This document shows positions 24,001 through 35,600 of a stretch of 64,000 nucleotides of DNA, piece after piece. The notes below the pieces were generated by a model. The model searched no databases, was not told the origin of the DNA, and saw only the letters and a list, made by a program, of their open reading frames with translations. The stretch is taken from contig CM052816.1 in NCBI GenBank assembly GCA_028534125.1, forward strand, positions 16,866,001-16,930,000. The letters run 5' to 3'. The translations under genes were made by a program, and so were the position numbers. This DNA is from Lama glama (taxonomy: Eukaryota). Within the stretch, counting starts at the first letter, position 1. Each line of letters starts with the position of its first letter.

Positions 24001-27000
24001 TCATCTTCCTGGCTTCCTTCCTCTCCTTTACTTCTTGTTTTCACTTGCCACCACTCCTTAATTGTATGGTGGTTGATCCTTTCTGGACCTGGACCCAGTG
24101 GGTAATCTGGCAAATGTGAAACCCGTACCTGTTGGAAACACAACAGTCTTTGTGTAACTGCTGTAACTGCATGGCATGATCTCATCTCATCTTCAAAACA
24201 GCCCTACAAGCAAGCTTCTCTTAATACTCTCCTATTCCAGTTGAGGGAACTCTCACTCTAAGAGGTAAAACGAATTGCTCATGGTCACGTGGCTGCTGAA
24301 GCAGGACTTGTTTAAAAACTAGGTGACTCCAAAGCCTATGACTTTTCCACTGCAACTTCAGATAAAGAGCGTTTTCAGGTCTGAGCTGTACTTTCTACAC
24401 TGGTAGACTGTGGTGAAGTGTGAGAGCTGAGCTGTTTTCCCAAGGAGGGCCCACAAGCCCCATGTAGTAGCCACTGTGGCCTTAGAAACAGAGAGCTGGG
24501 GAGGGTCCTCTGGTGTCTTCCTCATGGGGCAAGAGCCAGACCCTGAGCTCACAGGAAAGTGTATGCTGAGAGTGGAGATTGCTCCATCCAAGTTTTAAAG
24601 GCACTAGGTTACTCTGAAGTGATGCCAGTAGATGCCCTCTGCTGTGGCAGTGGTTTGGCACATGAGCCTTGGAGTCTCGCAGACCTGGGTTCAAGTGCCA
24701 TGCTGGCACCTGCTTCTGTAGGTGACTTTTGGCAAGGCATTTAAATTCTCAAAGTCTCAGTGTCTTCATCTGCAAAATGAATATGATAGTAGTAATTTGT
24801 TGCAAGAATCTAATGATATCATTCTCATAAAGCACTTAGCCTAAAACGTGGACCTCAGTCAGTGTTAAAAAAAATGGAATTATTGGTATTAAAGTTGGGT
24901 TAAAAGTAAGACAGAAATGTTCTGTATCTTGATCTGGGTGGTAGTTATATGTGTGCATAAGTAAAAAAAATCCACATTGAACTATACACTTAAGGTCACA
25001 TTACTTTTCACATGTGAAAATGGGTACTTTTGACATTTTACAGTGTGTATCTTACACCTTAACAAAAAAACAAGAACAAGAAAAACAAAAAAGAAGCTCT
25101 TGTGAAGTAGGCTTGGTAAAGTGGAAGGGTTCAAATTTTTAAAAAATTGTAGGGTAAAACACAGAGGAAAATGTATTATGGAGGTATGTCAGAAAGTTAA
25201 TTAGTAAAAACATGTTCCCCTCCTCGGACTTCGTCATGCTTGTGGGATTAGTTGGTTTTTTAAAATGTGTAATTATGATTTCTTTTATTAGTCTAAGTAA
25301 AAATTCACTTTTGTAGTTAGAAGAATGTGAATGACACCTCTTTGGTAGAGCTTAGCAGTGGGGCCCTCTTCCTGACAGGAGAGAAAGCAGGAGTTGCTAA
25401 GGTGGATAAGGACAGAGCCACACCCAGCTTGTCCTCCTCCCTCAGCTGGTTGGAACCAGTGGATGGCCTGGGTGTGGGGTCTGGTGGTCCAGTCTGCTGG
25501 GAAGCTTGCTGTGATCAACTCAGCCTGTTGCCCCTACAGAGTGAGCTTCCACTGGTTCATCTTCCCGACTGTGAAGAGACTGAGCAACATAGTGATGTCA
25601 ACTGGATCAATTCTCTCCCTTCTTAACAGTTCTCAGCTGTGACCTTAGAGGTGAGGAATCCTTAGGGGGACCTTACTGAGTAATAGGGATTAAGGACACT
25701 GAGAAGGGGGGTACCCAGTCTTTGAGCTCCTGATGAGCAGGGCTGGTAGTGAGGCCTCCCATTACATCCTGCAGCAATTACCTTGGGGAAATGGAATTGG
25801 TCGAGCCTGCCTTTCCATTATGCAAAGAAAGGGCTTTTCAAGTAAATTTCCATTTAAGTATGAGCTTAGATCAGTGAAGATGGGGCCATAATAGCTTAGA
25901 TGGTCATCACAGCTATTAAAAATACATTTTTTTACCCTGTGCTCAGGCTGCCTTGTCATCTTCATATCATTCATCCCCAGAAGACTGTGACTCAACCTTT
26001 TCCAAGCTTCTGGGAGCCAGGTTAATGTCCATCTGTATTCTCAACTTTTTAATTCTTTGACATTCATGGTGGATAACATTTATGTGCTTGACACAGCTCA
26101 TGGATGTATCCAGAATGTGATAAAAAGTCAGTCCGGGATGGAGATGGAGATGAGTGGTGGGTAGTAAGTAAAACACTCCACTCACTGGTCATTTTCTTCA
26201 ATGCTGGGCTTGCCTCTCTCTTTAGACCAGCTGCTGTTCCCTACACAGGTCCTCAGACATACGTGGTTTATTTTTAGTTCAAGCCCTTCAAACTTTCGTC
26301 TCTGCTGCCTGGATAGCCTTTCCCCGTGCTCGACCAGGCTGATTCTCCCTCTTTCTCTAGGTCTCAGCTTGAACCTACGTCTTCAAGGAAGCCTCCCCTG
26401 ACCCACTCCCTACCCTCAGACCAGGTTAGGGCCTTGAATTGGTTTCCTATCTTTGGGTAACAAACTGCCCTGAACCATGTTCATGATTCTGCCGTTTTGA
26501 CTAGGCTTAGTTTTGTCTGGGTGACCCCTGCAGCTGCAGTTGTTGGGTTGACTGGGTGCTAGCTATTCCTGAATAGCCTTGCTTGTATGTCAGAAGCCTC
26601 GGCCAAAATGGTGGGAAGAACTGCGACAGCTGGAATGCCAGGGACAGTTAGGAGGCTAACCTGGGGCTTTCTTACATGGTGGCTTCAGGGCAGCAAGAAA
26701 GTGGGAATACAAGCTGCAAGGCCCCTTGATGCTGAGGCTCAGAAGTCACATCATATCACTTCTACTGCATTCTGTTAGTTAAAGAAAATCATACGGCCAG
26801 AAAATATTCAAAGGCAGAGAAACAGACTCAATTCTTGATGCAAAGTCACCTTGCAGAAGGGCACATATCCAGGGATGGGAGGACTTACTGCCATCTTTTC
26901 CTACAGCCTAGCACAGACATTTGGCTTTTCCTTTACTGCTCTTTTCATAACTGTTGTCAGCTAATTCCTTACATTATTGGGGTTTTTTTGTTTTATTTTT

Positions 27001-27561
27001 ATCCCCCACTAGACAACAAGGTCTATGAATGCAGGGACTGACTGTCTCATTCATCACTCCTATGTCTGGAGCTTGGCACATCATGGGAACTAAGTAGTTG
27101 TTAAATGAACAGTTGGATGAATGAATGAATAAATAAATAAGTGAAAGATAAGGTTCCAGGAGTCCCAAAGTTGCAGCGTAAGAATTTGAAGATAGTCTTG
27201 GGTTCGAATCCCAGTTCTGTCGCTTCCTAGCTGTTCTACTTTAGGCAAATTGCTTAATCTCTGATCCTCAGTTTCTTTATCTTTAAAGTAGAGATTAAAA
27301 TATACCCTACCTCACAGTCCAATCCTAACTATGAATGTTTCAATGCGTTTACTCTCTTCCCTTTTCTTTGTGACCCTTTTAGCTTTCCCTACTCAACAGG
27401 TGAGAGCTGTTAGTTTCCTTGCGTTAAGAGCCTTCTCCCAACTCCCAAGCATTGGAGACTGGGCTTTCAGGGCAGTTGGCCCTCAGAGAACATTTTCTGA
27501 AGGTCATCAGGAATCTGTTCTATATAGAAGCACTGCCCCAACACTATTAGTGGCTGCAGAC

Positions 27562-27770
27562 CAGTGGTTCTCAACTAGGACTGAGTTCTGTCCCCCAGGG
27601 GACATTTGGCAATGTCTGAGACACTTTTGGTTGTCACACCTAGGGGGAGGGGCATGACACTGGCATCTAGAGGCTATCAGCCAGGGATGCTAAACATCGT
27701 AGAATACTTAGGACAGCCCTCTCCCAGCCCTAACAAAGAATTAACCGGCCCAAAATATCAATAGGGCTGA
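27562..27770 (+). mobile_element. MER20-like hAT-Charlie DNA transposon
   Basis: The sequence reads 'cagtggttctcaa...ccaggggacatttggcaatgtctg...ggcatctag...ccagggatgct...acaaagaatta..ggcccaaaat'. Confidence 0.8.
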
Positions 27771-28707
27771 ATTCCTGCTGGGAAATGACTGTTATTTTTG
27801 TCCTCACCAGGTTTAGATGTGATAGATTCTTCCTGGTCATAGTCAGCCATCACCCTTCTTTAGCTCTGGTGTCTGGTGATGGCACAGTCCTCCCTCCTGG
27901 ACCATACAGCTTTTGAGCAACAGCTTTTCTACTTAGGCAGTTTGAAGAATGGGGTGGGAGGAAATGACTCCATCTGTCGGCCAGAGCTGGGATCACAGCA
28001 GGAGAAGACAATGGCGTTTTTCCAGGAAAGATCCTAGGTGTGACAGCATGTGACTGGATAAAGTTGTCATTGAAGCTGTGGTGTGGGACAAGCTTAGGGT
28101 TAGGGCCTAGGGTTGTATTTAGCAATCTCTTATTCTTTCTTCTTGGAATGGTTTCCTTCTTATTCTTTCTTTTTAAAAATTTATTTTAAAAATTATCCCA
28201 GAGGCCTAGACTCAGGAATGAAGATGATCTTAGATCTTCATTTTCTCGAAGCCGGTTAGTGTCCTGAACTTGACAGCACACCAGCCAGGAAGGTGCGCTA
28301 CACCTAGCAGGTGCTTGATAAACGAACACATGCTGAAATGAATCCAGAGATTAGGAGAAACTGCACAAGCACACAGCTGCTTTTAATGCCCCTGTTGGGA
28401 AGAAAATTTACTGTCTCAGAGAAAGAGGAAGAAAAGGAAGAGGGAGGGGAAAATTTTTAACTGATTTCTTTGGATCCTCACAACAGCCCTGTGTGGTCAA
28501 TTACTGACAATCAGTATTATCACCCCCATTTCATAGATGGAGAGGTTATGTGACTTGCATAAAGCCACTGCTGGTATATAATGGACACACAATTTGAACC
28601 CAGGTCTCGCTAGTTCAAAAGTTTAGGCCTATTTCCATTATACCACAGAGTTCTTCTATCAGGGAAGAAATGAGTTTAAGATAATAATAAAAATATAAAC
28701 AACTCCT

Positions 28708-28861
28708 GGGGGGTGGGGTATAGCTCAGTGGTACTGTGTGTGCTTAGCATGCATGAGGTCCTGGGTTCAGTCCCCAGTGCCTCCATTTAAAAAATAAATA
28801 AATAAGCCTAATTACCTTCTCCACCCCACAGACAAAAAATAAATTAAAAAAATTTTTAAAT
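28708..28861 (+). mobile_element. tRNA-derived SINE (camelid Vic-1-like) with perfect TSD
   Basis: It has A/B boxes (TAGCTCAGTGG, GGTTCAGTCC), an A-rich tail, and a perfect 15-bp TSD ATATAAACAACTCCT at 28693-28707 and 28862-28876. Confidence 0.9.
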
Positions 28862-29275
28862 ATATAAACAACTCCTATTTATTGACTTTCAACCATATGC
28901 CAAGGTCTTGTGCTAAGGTTTCACTAGATTATCTCATTTAACCCTTACACAAACATAGCATCATTAAATCTCACAAGAAGCCTATAAGGTAGGCATTGTT
29001 CTTATTATTCCCATTTTATAGGTAGAGATAGTGAGGCCCATAAAAATTAAGTATCTTGCTCTAGGTTTCATAGCTCTGCAGAAAGAAAAAAAGAAGGAAT
29101 TCTTTAAAAGGAGCAGAATGGAAGAAAGAATGTACAAGAGGAAAGGAAAGGAGAAAAAGCAAAGGGAGAGGGACGAGGAAGGAAACAGAGCTGACTGAGA
29201 GTATAACTATGTCAATATGCTATGCTATGCATATGCTATGTTATGCCTGGGGGGAGCTTCTAAAGGACTGGTAAT

Positions 29276-29630
29276 CTCCTTAGTTTTAGTGGCAGAAGAG
29301 GTGAGGGAGGGGACACCTTCACTGGGAAAGCGTCACAGTGAGACACACACATTGTGCCACCTATCACCTTTGGAAGTCGATCTGTGGCAAATGTGGCTCC
29401 CTGCCAAGTGGAAGAGAAAGTATGACTGGAATGCCAAGGCTAAAAGATGAAATACCACTACGGTCACATGAGGCCAGCTCATGGAATTGTATGCTGCAGA
29501 CTCAGGAATGGAGTCCTTGAAGGAACAACACCTAAACCCAAGAGGGCAGCTGTTGCAGCATCCAGTCCCTCTTAAGGATTTCAATGATTAGACATGCAAG
29601 AAATGTTCCGTTTTAAAAATTTTTTTCTAA

Positions 29631-29661
<31 letters not shown>

Positions 29662-29663
29662 AG
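29276..29663 (+). pseudogene. RPL37: Processed (retro) pseudogene of ribosomal protein L37
   Basis: An intronless, degenerate RPL37 CDS spans 29301-29575, with fragments GTPSLGKRHSETHTLC / YHLWKSICGKCG / PAKWKRKYDWNAKAKR* / EGTTPKPKRAAVAASSPS*. The start is GTG, there are frameshifts, and a TGA lies at 29448-29450. A 3'UTR-like tail, an A-rich (TAAA)n tail and imperfect flanking direct repeats (29262-29275 and 29664-29677) follow. Confidence 0.92.
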
Positions 29664-30538
29664 AAAGAGCTGGTACTGTTCTATTTCTTAAACTGAGTAA
29701 TGGGTCATGTGTTTTCTTTTAATATTATTCTTTATACTGTACTTACATACTGTATGTTATATATAAAGCACACTTATATACTATATCTGATATAACTGTA
29801 TCATATCTGTAAAATAGGGATAATGATACCTGCCTTTCTGGGTTGTCATGTGGTTTAGTTATCTGATATGTAAAGATCTCAGCAGAGAGTAAGTGTTCAA
29901 GAATAACTTACAACACCAGAAATTGACACAACACTGTAAATTGACTATAATTCAATACAAAAAAATAATAGCTTACATTTATCCAGTGCTTATTGTGTTA
30001 AAAATTGTTGTAAATATATTACATGGATTATCTCATTCAGGTCTTACCCCAACTGAATAGCAGGAATTATTGTTATGATCCTCATTTTACCAATGAATGG
30101 CCTAGAGAACATGGAATAAATAATATTCCCAAGGTCTTGGGAATACTGATAATGATGGAGTTAGGGTTTGAACTTAGGTAACATGGCTTGGGGCTCATAT
30201 TCTATACCTCTCCAATCTACTGCCTCCCAGTAAAGAACTCATGATTACCACCATTCTCCCTCTGGAGTGAGAAGAAAGGTGAAAGGATGCGTAATGTTGC
30301 TTGAAAATGTAACAACTTTTAACTCGGCTGACATTGATGATGTTGGAAGGGCAAGGTTTTTGGGGGGGTTCCACATCATTAAAGGTGGTGATTATGACTT
30401 TCATTTTTAAAATATTTAACAAATAAGATAATTACTTAAATATTTTCTCCTGTAAAAGAGGAACAATTTAAGTCTTGACTGAATGAAAGAATGAATGTGA
30501 GGTGGTTCCTGGTGATCAGATGAATACAAAACAGCTTA

Positions 30539-30800
30539 TAGTAGACCCTAGAACAACATGGGGGTTAGCGGTGCTGACCCCCTAGTCAAAAATCCACATA
30601 TAATTTTTGACTCCCCCAAAGTTTAACTAGTAGCCTACTGTTGACTGGAAGCTTTACCAATAAATAAGCAGTGGATTACCACCTACTTTGTATGTTATAG
30701 GCATTAATGAGTTTATTCTTATTTTAAAGTAAGCTAGAGGAAATGTTATTAAGAAAATCATAAGGAAGAGAAAACAAATTTACAATACATATATGTATTT
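30539..30800 (+). mobile_element. MER8/Tigger2-like TcMar DNA transposon fragment
   Basis: The sequence reads 'gaccctagaacaacatgggggttag...aaaatccacatataatttttgactcccc...tagcctactgttgactggaagc...aagaaaatcataaggaagagaaaa'. Confidence 0.75.
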
Positions 30801-31083
30801 ATTTTTTCAAAATTCACTGGAAGCCTCCATCGTCATTTTTTACTGTTACAGTGCTTTATTCCAAGTCTTATATACATTAAAAATTTACCCATGATGGTTA
30901 ATGGGTAAGACTCTAAGCATAAGGAACCCTGATGTTGAAATACTAGTTAATATGGAGCTTACAAATGATTAATTCTGCAAATTTGCTTTAAAGTACTCTT
31001 CAACATATCTGTAAATTGCATTTATCTAATAAAAAATCTTATCTGTCACATCAAAAAATCTCTGGGGCTTAATAAAGCAATGT

Positions 31084-31710
31084 TGTAACTGAGCAGGACC
31101 CTATGGGGCCTTCCTGGAACAGACCTCTCCCTCATCATGTACTCCGCCTGCCTCTTGTCTGTAGAAAAACTAGCCTCTTAGGTTTCCCGGAGTTCCAAAG
31201 AGTACATTTGACCAGAGAAGTGAGAAAATGCAGAAAGAAAGGGGAAAAGTCAAGCAAGATGAAATAATAATAGTTTAGCCATTAAACAAAGTAGAGGACC
31301 TTTAGTTCCCCATCAAGGGCTATAGATAATATTCTGAGCCATGTCCTTTGAGCTGTTTTGCAGTTACTAAAACCCTCACCAGGTGGAAGAAGTTAACTAT
31401 ATGCTGCCCACAAGCACATAGATCTCAGACCAGTTGGAACTAGAAGATCGATGATGATGATGACTTTACCACCAACCAGTCAGAAGAACGTCCCTGAGCT
31501 GGTCACACACGCCACAACCCCCCTTCCTCATTCTGTCTTTAAAAATCTGTCCCTGAAAGCCTTCGAGGAGTTCACGTCTTTTAAGCACTAGCTATCTGAA
31601 CTCCTCTCTTGGCACTCTGCAATAAATGTGCTTTCCTTCACCACAACCCTGTGTCAGTAGATTGGCTTTATTGCATGTGGGCAAGAGGACCCAAGTTTGT
31701 TTCCGTAACA
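31084..31710 (+). mobile_element. Solo ERV LTR (ERV1-like), 627 bp
   Basis: It has TG...CA termini with a short imperfect inverted repeat (TGTAAC...GTAACA), a TATA-like TTTAAAA (~31538), AATAAA (31621-31626), and 4-bp flanks ATGT and ATAT. Confidence 0.8.
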
Positions 31711-32499
31711 ATATTACAAAGAAAATAAAGCCAGGGTCTGAGGGAAGGGGAGAATAGGAAGTGACTGCTAATAGGTATGGAGATTCTTTTTGGAGTGATG
31801 AAAATGTCCTGGCATTAGATAGTTGTGATGGTTGCACAGCTATATGAATATACTAAAAACCACTGAATTGTACCCATTAAAAGAGTGAACTTTGTGGCAT
31901 ATGAAATATTTTAATAAAACTTATTTTAAAAAGTCATTTGAATTTTGCATTTTAGTTAAAAATGCTTATCTTTAAACATAAATACTTTTCCTCCAAGTCA
32001 TTCAATGAAACTGACTCTTCAGAATGAAAAAAAAAATCCCACCATTATTAAGGAATCTATCCTGTGGAAATAATCCAAAATTTTTGTGCACAAAGATGCT
32101 CAATGTATCATAATTTAAAACATATGAGAAGTCAGTAATTCTATAAATATGTGACAATGAGAAACTTAAAAACTAAAAGATGCTATTTCTATTCAACTGA
32201 GTATTGTGTAATTTAAAAAAATTAGTTATGAAATTATAAGATACAAGTCTAACACAAGGGATTGGTTATGTATATTTATGGTACAACAGTATAGTGAATT
32301 GTCTTGCAGCCTTTAAGAATATGTTGTAGAAAAATTCATTAATATGGGAAAATGCTCATAGTGAATTATGTGACAAATGTGGGCAGCAAGACAGTAGAAA
32401 GCTGTAAACACAGATAGATGAAAAAATACAGGAATCCAGTGATTTCTTTGGGTGGGAGTTGTATTGGTAATGTTCAATTTATTTATTCATTTATATATT

Positions 32500-33360
32500 T
32501 AATAGACTTTTTAAAAGTGCAGTTTTAGAGTCAGCAAAATTGAGCACAAGTTACAGAAATTTCCCATATACTGCCTTCCCCATACATGTATAGCTTCCCC
32601 CATTATCAATATTACCTATCAGAGTGCTTTCGTTACAATTGAAGAACCTGTATTGACGCATCATTATTACTCAAAGTCTCTAGTTTACATTAGGAGTCAC
32701 TCTTGTGTTGTACATGAGTTTAGAGAAATGTGTAATGACATGTGTCTACCAATATAGTATCATACAGAGTCTTCTCACTGTCCTAAAAATACTCTGCCTA
32801 TTTAACCCATCCTCCTCACTAACCCCTGGCAACCACTGATCATTTTACTATCTCCGTAGTTTTACCTTTTTGAGAATGTCATATAAGTGGAATCAAACAA
32901 TATGTAGACTTTTAAGATTGGCTTCTTTCAGTTAATAAAATATATATGTTTCCTCCATGTTTTTTCATGGCTTGATAGCTCATATCTTTTTAGTGCTGAA
33001 TAGTATTCCATTGTCTGAATGTACCAGTTTATTTATTCATTCAGCTTCTAAAGGACATCTTGATTGTTTCCAAGTTTTGGTAGTTAGTAATAAAGCTGCT
33101 ATAAATATCCATGCACAGGTTTTTGTGTGGATATGTTTTTAATTCCCTTGGCTAAATACCAAGGAGTAAGATTTATGCATCATATGATGAGTATATGTTT
33201 AGTTTTGTAAGAAACTGCCAAACTATTTTCCAAAGTGATTGTACATTTTGCATTCCTACCAGCAATGAATGAGAGTTCTTGTTGCTCCACATCCTTATCA
33301 GTACTCGGTGTTGCCAGTGTTCTGGATCTTGGCCATTCTAATAGGTGTATAGTAGTGTAT
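32500..33360 (-). mobile_element. Old L1 (L1M-type) 3' fragment
   Basis: It contains typical L1M 3' motifs ('cccctggcaaccactgat', 'ataaagctgctataaatatcc', 'gaaactgccaaact...ttgcattcctaccagcaatg'). Confidence 0.8.
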
Positions 33361-33756
33361 TTATTTTTCTTTATGGATACTATATTCTTCAAGTTCTCTG
33401 CATTGACCATACATTATTTTTGTAATAGAAAAAATGCATTATAAGATAGAAATATGCAAAATCCATGTAAGGACTCGGCAGGGAGTGGGTGGTGGTGGTG
33501 GAGAAATAAAAATTATATAACATTACAAAGAAAAACATAATGCAAAGTAATGATAGTATGAGAACAACTATAGTTTTAAAAATTGAACAAAAATTGTGTG
33601 AAAATTATATCCAATTTATCTTTTCATTTATTGGGACAAAAGACTGGCTACCTCCAAGACATGTTATTTATAGAGAAGTGCTTGCCAAGAGCCTCTTGAA
33701 ATCATCTCTATTTTCTTATTATTTTAAAATAAAAACATAAAAATTATCAAATTATA

Positions 33757-33888
33757 GGGGGGAGGGTAGAGCTCAGTGGTAGAGCACATGCCTAGCATGT
33801 ACAAGGTCCTGTGTTCAATCCCTAGTACCTCTGTTAAAATAAATTAAAAACTCAATTACCTCTCCCCTAAAAAAGAACAAACAATTTT
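33757..33888 (+). mobile_element. tRNA-derived SINE (camelid Vic-1-like)
   Basis: It has A/B boxes, an A-rich tail, and the flanking repeat AAAAATTAT(C/A)AAATTATA. Confidence 0.85.
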
Positions 33889-33945
33889 AAAAAATTATAA
33901 AATTATAGACAATTATAAAAATAAACAAAATTTTAAAAGGCAAGA

Positions 33946-34062
33946 GGGGTGGGTATAGCTGGTATAGCTTAGTGGTAGAGCATGTACTTAGCATGCACGA
34001 GGTACTGGGTTCAATCCTCAGTATCTCCACTAAAAAAACAAACACTAAAGAATAAAAGTTTA
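33946..34062 (+). mobile_element. tRNA-derived SINE (camelid Vic-1-like), second adjacent copy
   Basis: The 5' part contains a duplicated GGTATAGCT and the B box is GGTTCAATCC. The flanking repeat is AAAAGGCAA. Confidence 0.8.
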
Positions 34063-35019
34063 AAAAAGGCAAAATATAAGAATTCTAAACAAGTCATTAA
34101 AGCATTATCTGACTATCTAAATAAAGCCATAAACAGTTACATTGCACTCTATGTGTCAGTATTTACTCAGTTTACATTCAGTATATATATAATGGGAAGA
34201 TGTATGGTATAATGTAATTCTTGTATTTGCTAACAGATAATGTTCTTTTCTTAGATTATAAATTTAAAACAAATATATAGCGTGCATCACTTCTGAACAT
34301 GAAAAAAGTAGGATTTTGCCTTCATATACTGTATAGTGTGGTGCAATAAAGCTAACTTTATAATACAATCTTTAATAATGTTAATCTAAACAACATGCTT
34401 TACCTAAAAGTACTTACGTATAACACACAAAGAATGACAAAATGGTTAAAAAAAACTTCCCAAGGGAGTTGGCAAAACCAGTTGTTACTATGAAAGGGTT
34501 AGAAACAAAACAAGGTTGAAAACGTTCATGTAATGTTTAAGAACTCTGGGTTTTGGAGTCAGAGCTGGGTTATAAACTAGACTATATCCTGGAGTGATTG
34601 AACCTTTCCAAGCTTTCGTTTACTTATCTGTAAAATTGGAATGACAACAAATATCACAGAGCTGTTTTAATGGTTAAACCAGATTATGTAAAATTATAGA
34701 AACTGTCCCAAGGTAAGCCCTCAATAAATGTTAATTATCTTCCCCCACCGGACAAGAAAGAGGGTGGATAAAGAGGATGAATTCTCCACCTGTGGCCATA
34801 CAGCTTCCTCCCTTAAGGAAAAATCTAGAGGACACCAGAAATCCTTGCTAGACACATAACATCACTTTGTCATCCAGTAGCACAGAATCTGCCACGAACT
34901 ACACTCTGTCTTTAGTCCAATCACATCACTCCTAAAATGCAGGGCATTTTCCAATCTGCAGTCTTGCGCATACACCCAACCCTAGCTCCCCAGTCCACTT
35001 TTCCCAGTTACCCATTCCT

Positions 35020-35600
35020 CTCCGCCCCGCCCAGAAATCGTGACTTTCCCCCCTCTTTCCCGTTCTAACTTTCCCGCGCCAGGAGCTCTTGGCCAATTGG
35101 AGATGTAATTGCTGCGTCTTTCTCGGCCTCTAAGTGACGTTACGAGAAGAGCTATCTCTGATTGGTTTTTCCGGAGCAAGGGCCCGCCAATAATAGGCAG
35201 ACTTTTTTGGTTTATCCCAACAGCTAGTATTATCGCTGGTGATTGGCTGGAGTGCTGAGACACGAAAATGGCTGCCAGCTCCACTGTAGTCCCGGTGGTC
35301 GCGACCGCTGCTGTAGTGCCGGTCCTGTCATCCAGCGCTGATTTCTCAAATTTGCGGGAAATTAAAAAGCAGCTGCTACTCATCGCAGGCCTTACCCGGG
35401 AGCGGGGCCTACTGCACAGTAGCAAATGGTGAGATGTCGGGGTCCGAGGGGACCAGGCTTGGATCCTTGGTCTTGGGGATCTTGAGGTGATTCAGTTTCT
35501 GTGGATGTTCCAGGTCTGCCGAGTTGGCCTTCTCCCTCCCGGCGTTGCCTCTGTCCGAGCTGCAGCCGCCGCCGCCTGTTACAGAGGTAAGGAGGTCTTC
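35020..35600 (+). promoter_or_regulatory. CDC23 CpG-rich promoter and first exons
   Basis: Motifs: GC box (ccgccc, ~35021-35032), E2F-like TTTCCCGC (35070-35077), CCAAT boxes (CCAATTGG 35093-35100, ATTGG ~35161, CCAAT ~35187, ATTGG ~35242), CRE/ATF-like GTGACG (~35134), and YY1-like AAAATGGC over the ATG. Confidence 0.8.

Noticed and set aside
28708..28790. tRNA gene calls for this and the four related elements
   Set aside because: They have degenerate stems, AT-rich tails, TSDs and dispersed copies, which indicates SINEs rather than functional tRNAs.
29216..29246. (ATGCT)n tract, and similarly (CATGTG)n near 15474-15503 and (TAAA)n at 29628-29662, as array-like or CRISPR-like repeats
   Set aside because: These are simple microsatellites with no spacers in eukaryotic DNA. 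The (TAAA)n tract is the decayed tail of the RPL37 retrocopy.
34982..35425. 147-aa antisense ORF over CDC23 exon 1 and promoter
   Set aside because: It has a TTG start, is largely the antisense shadow of a coding exon, and has no recognisable homology or supporting splice or poly(A) structure.
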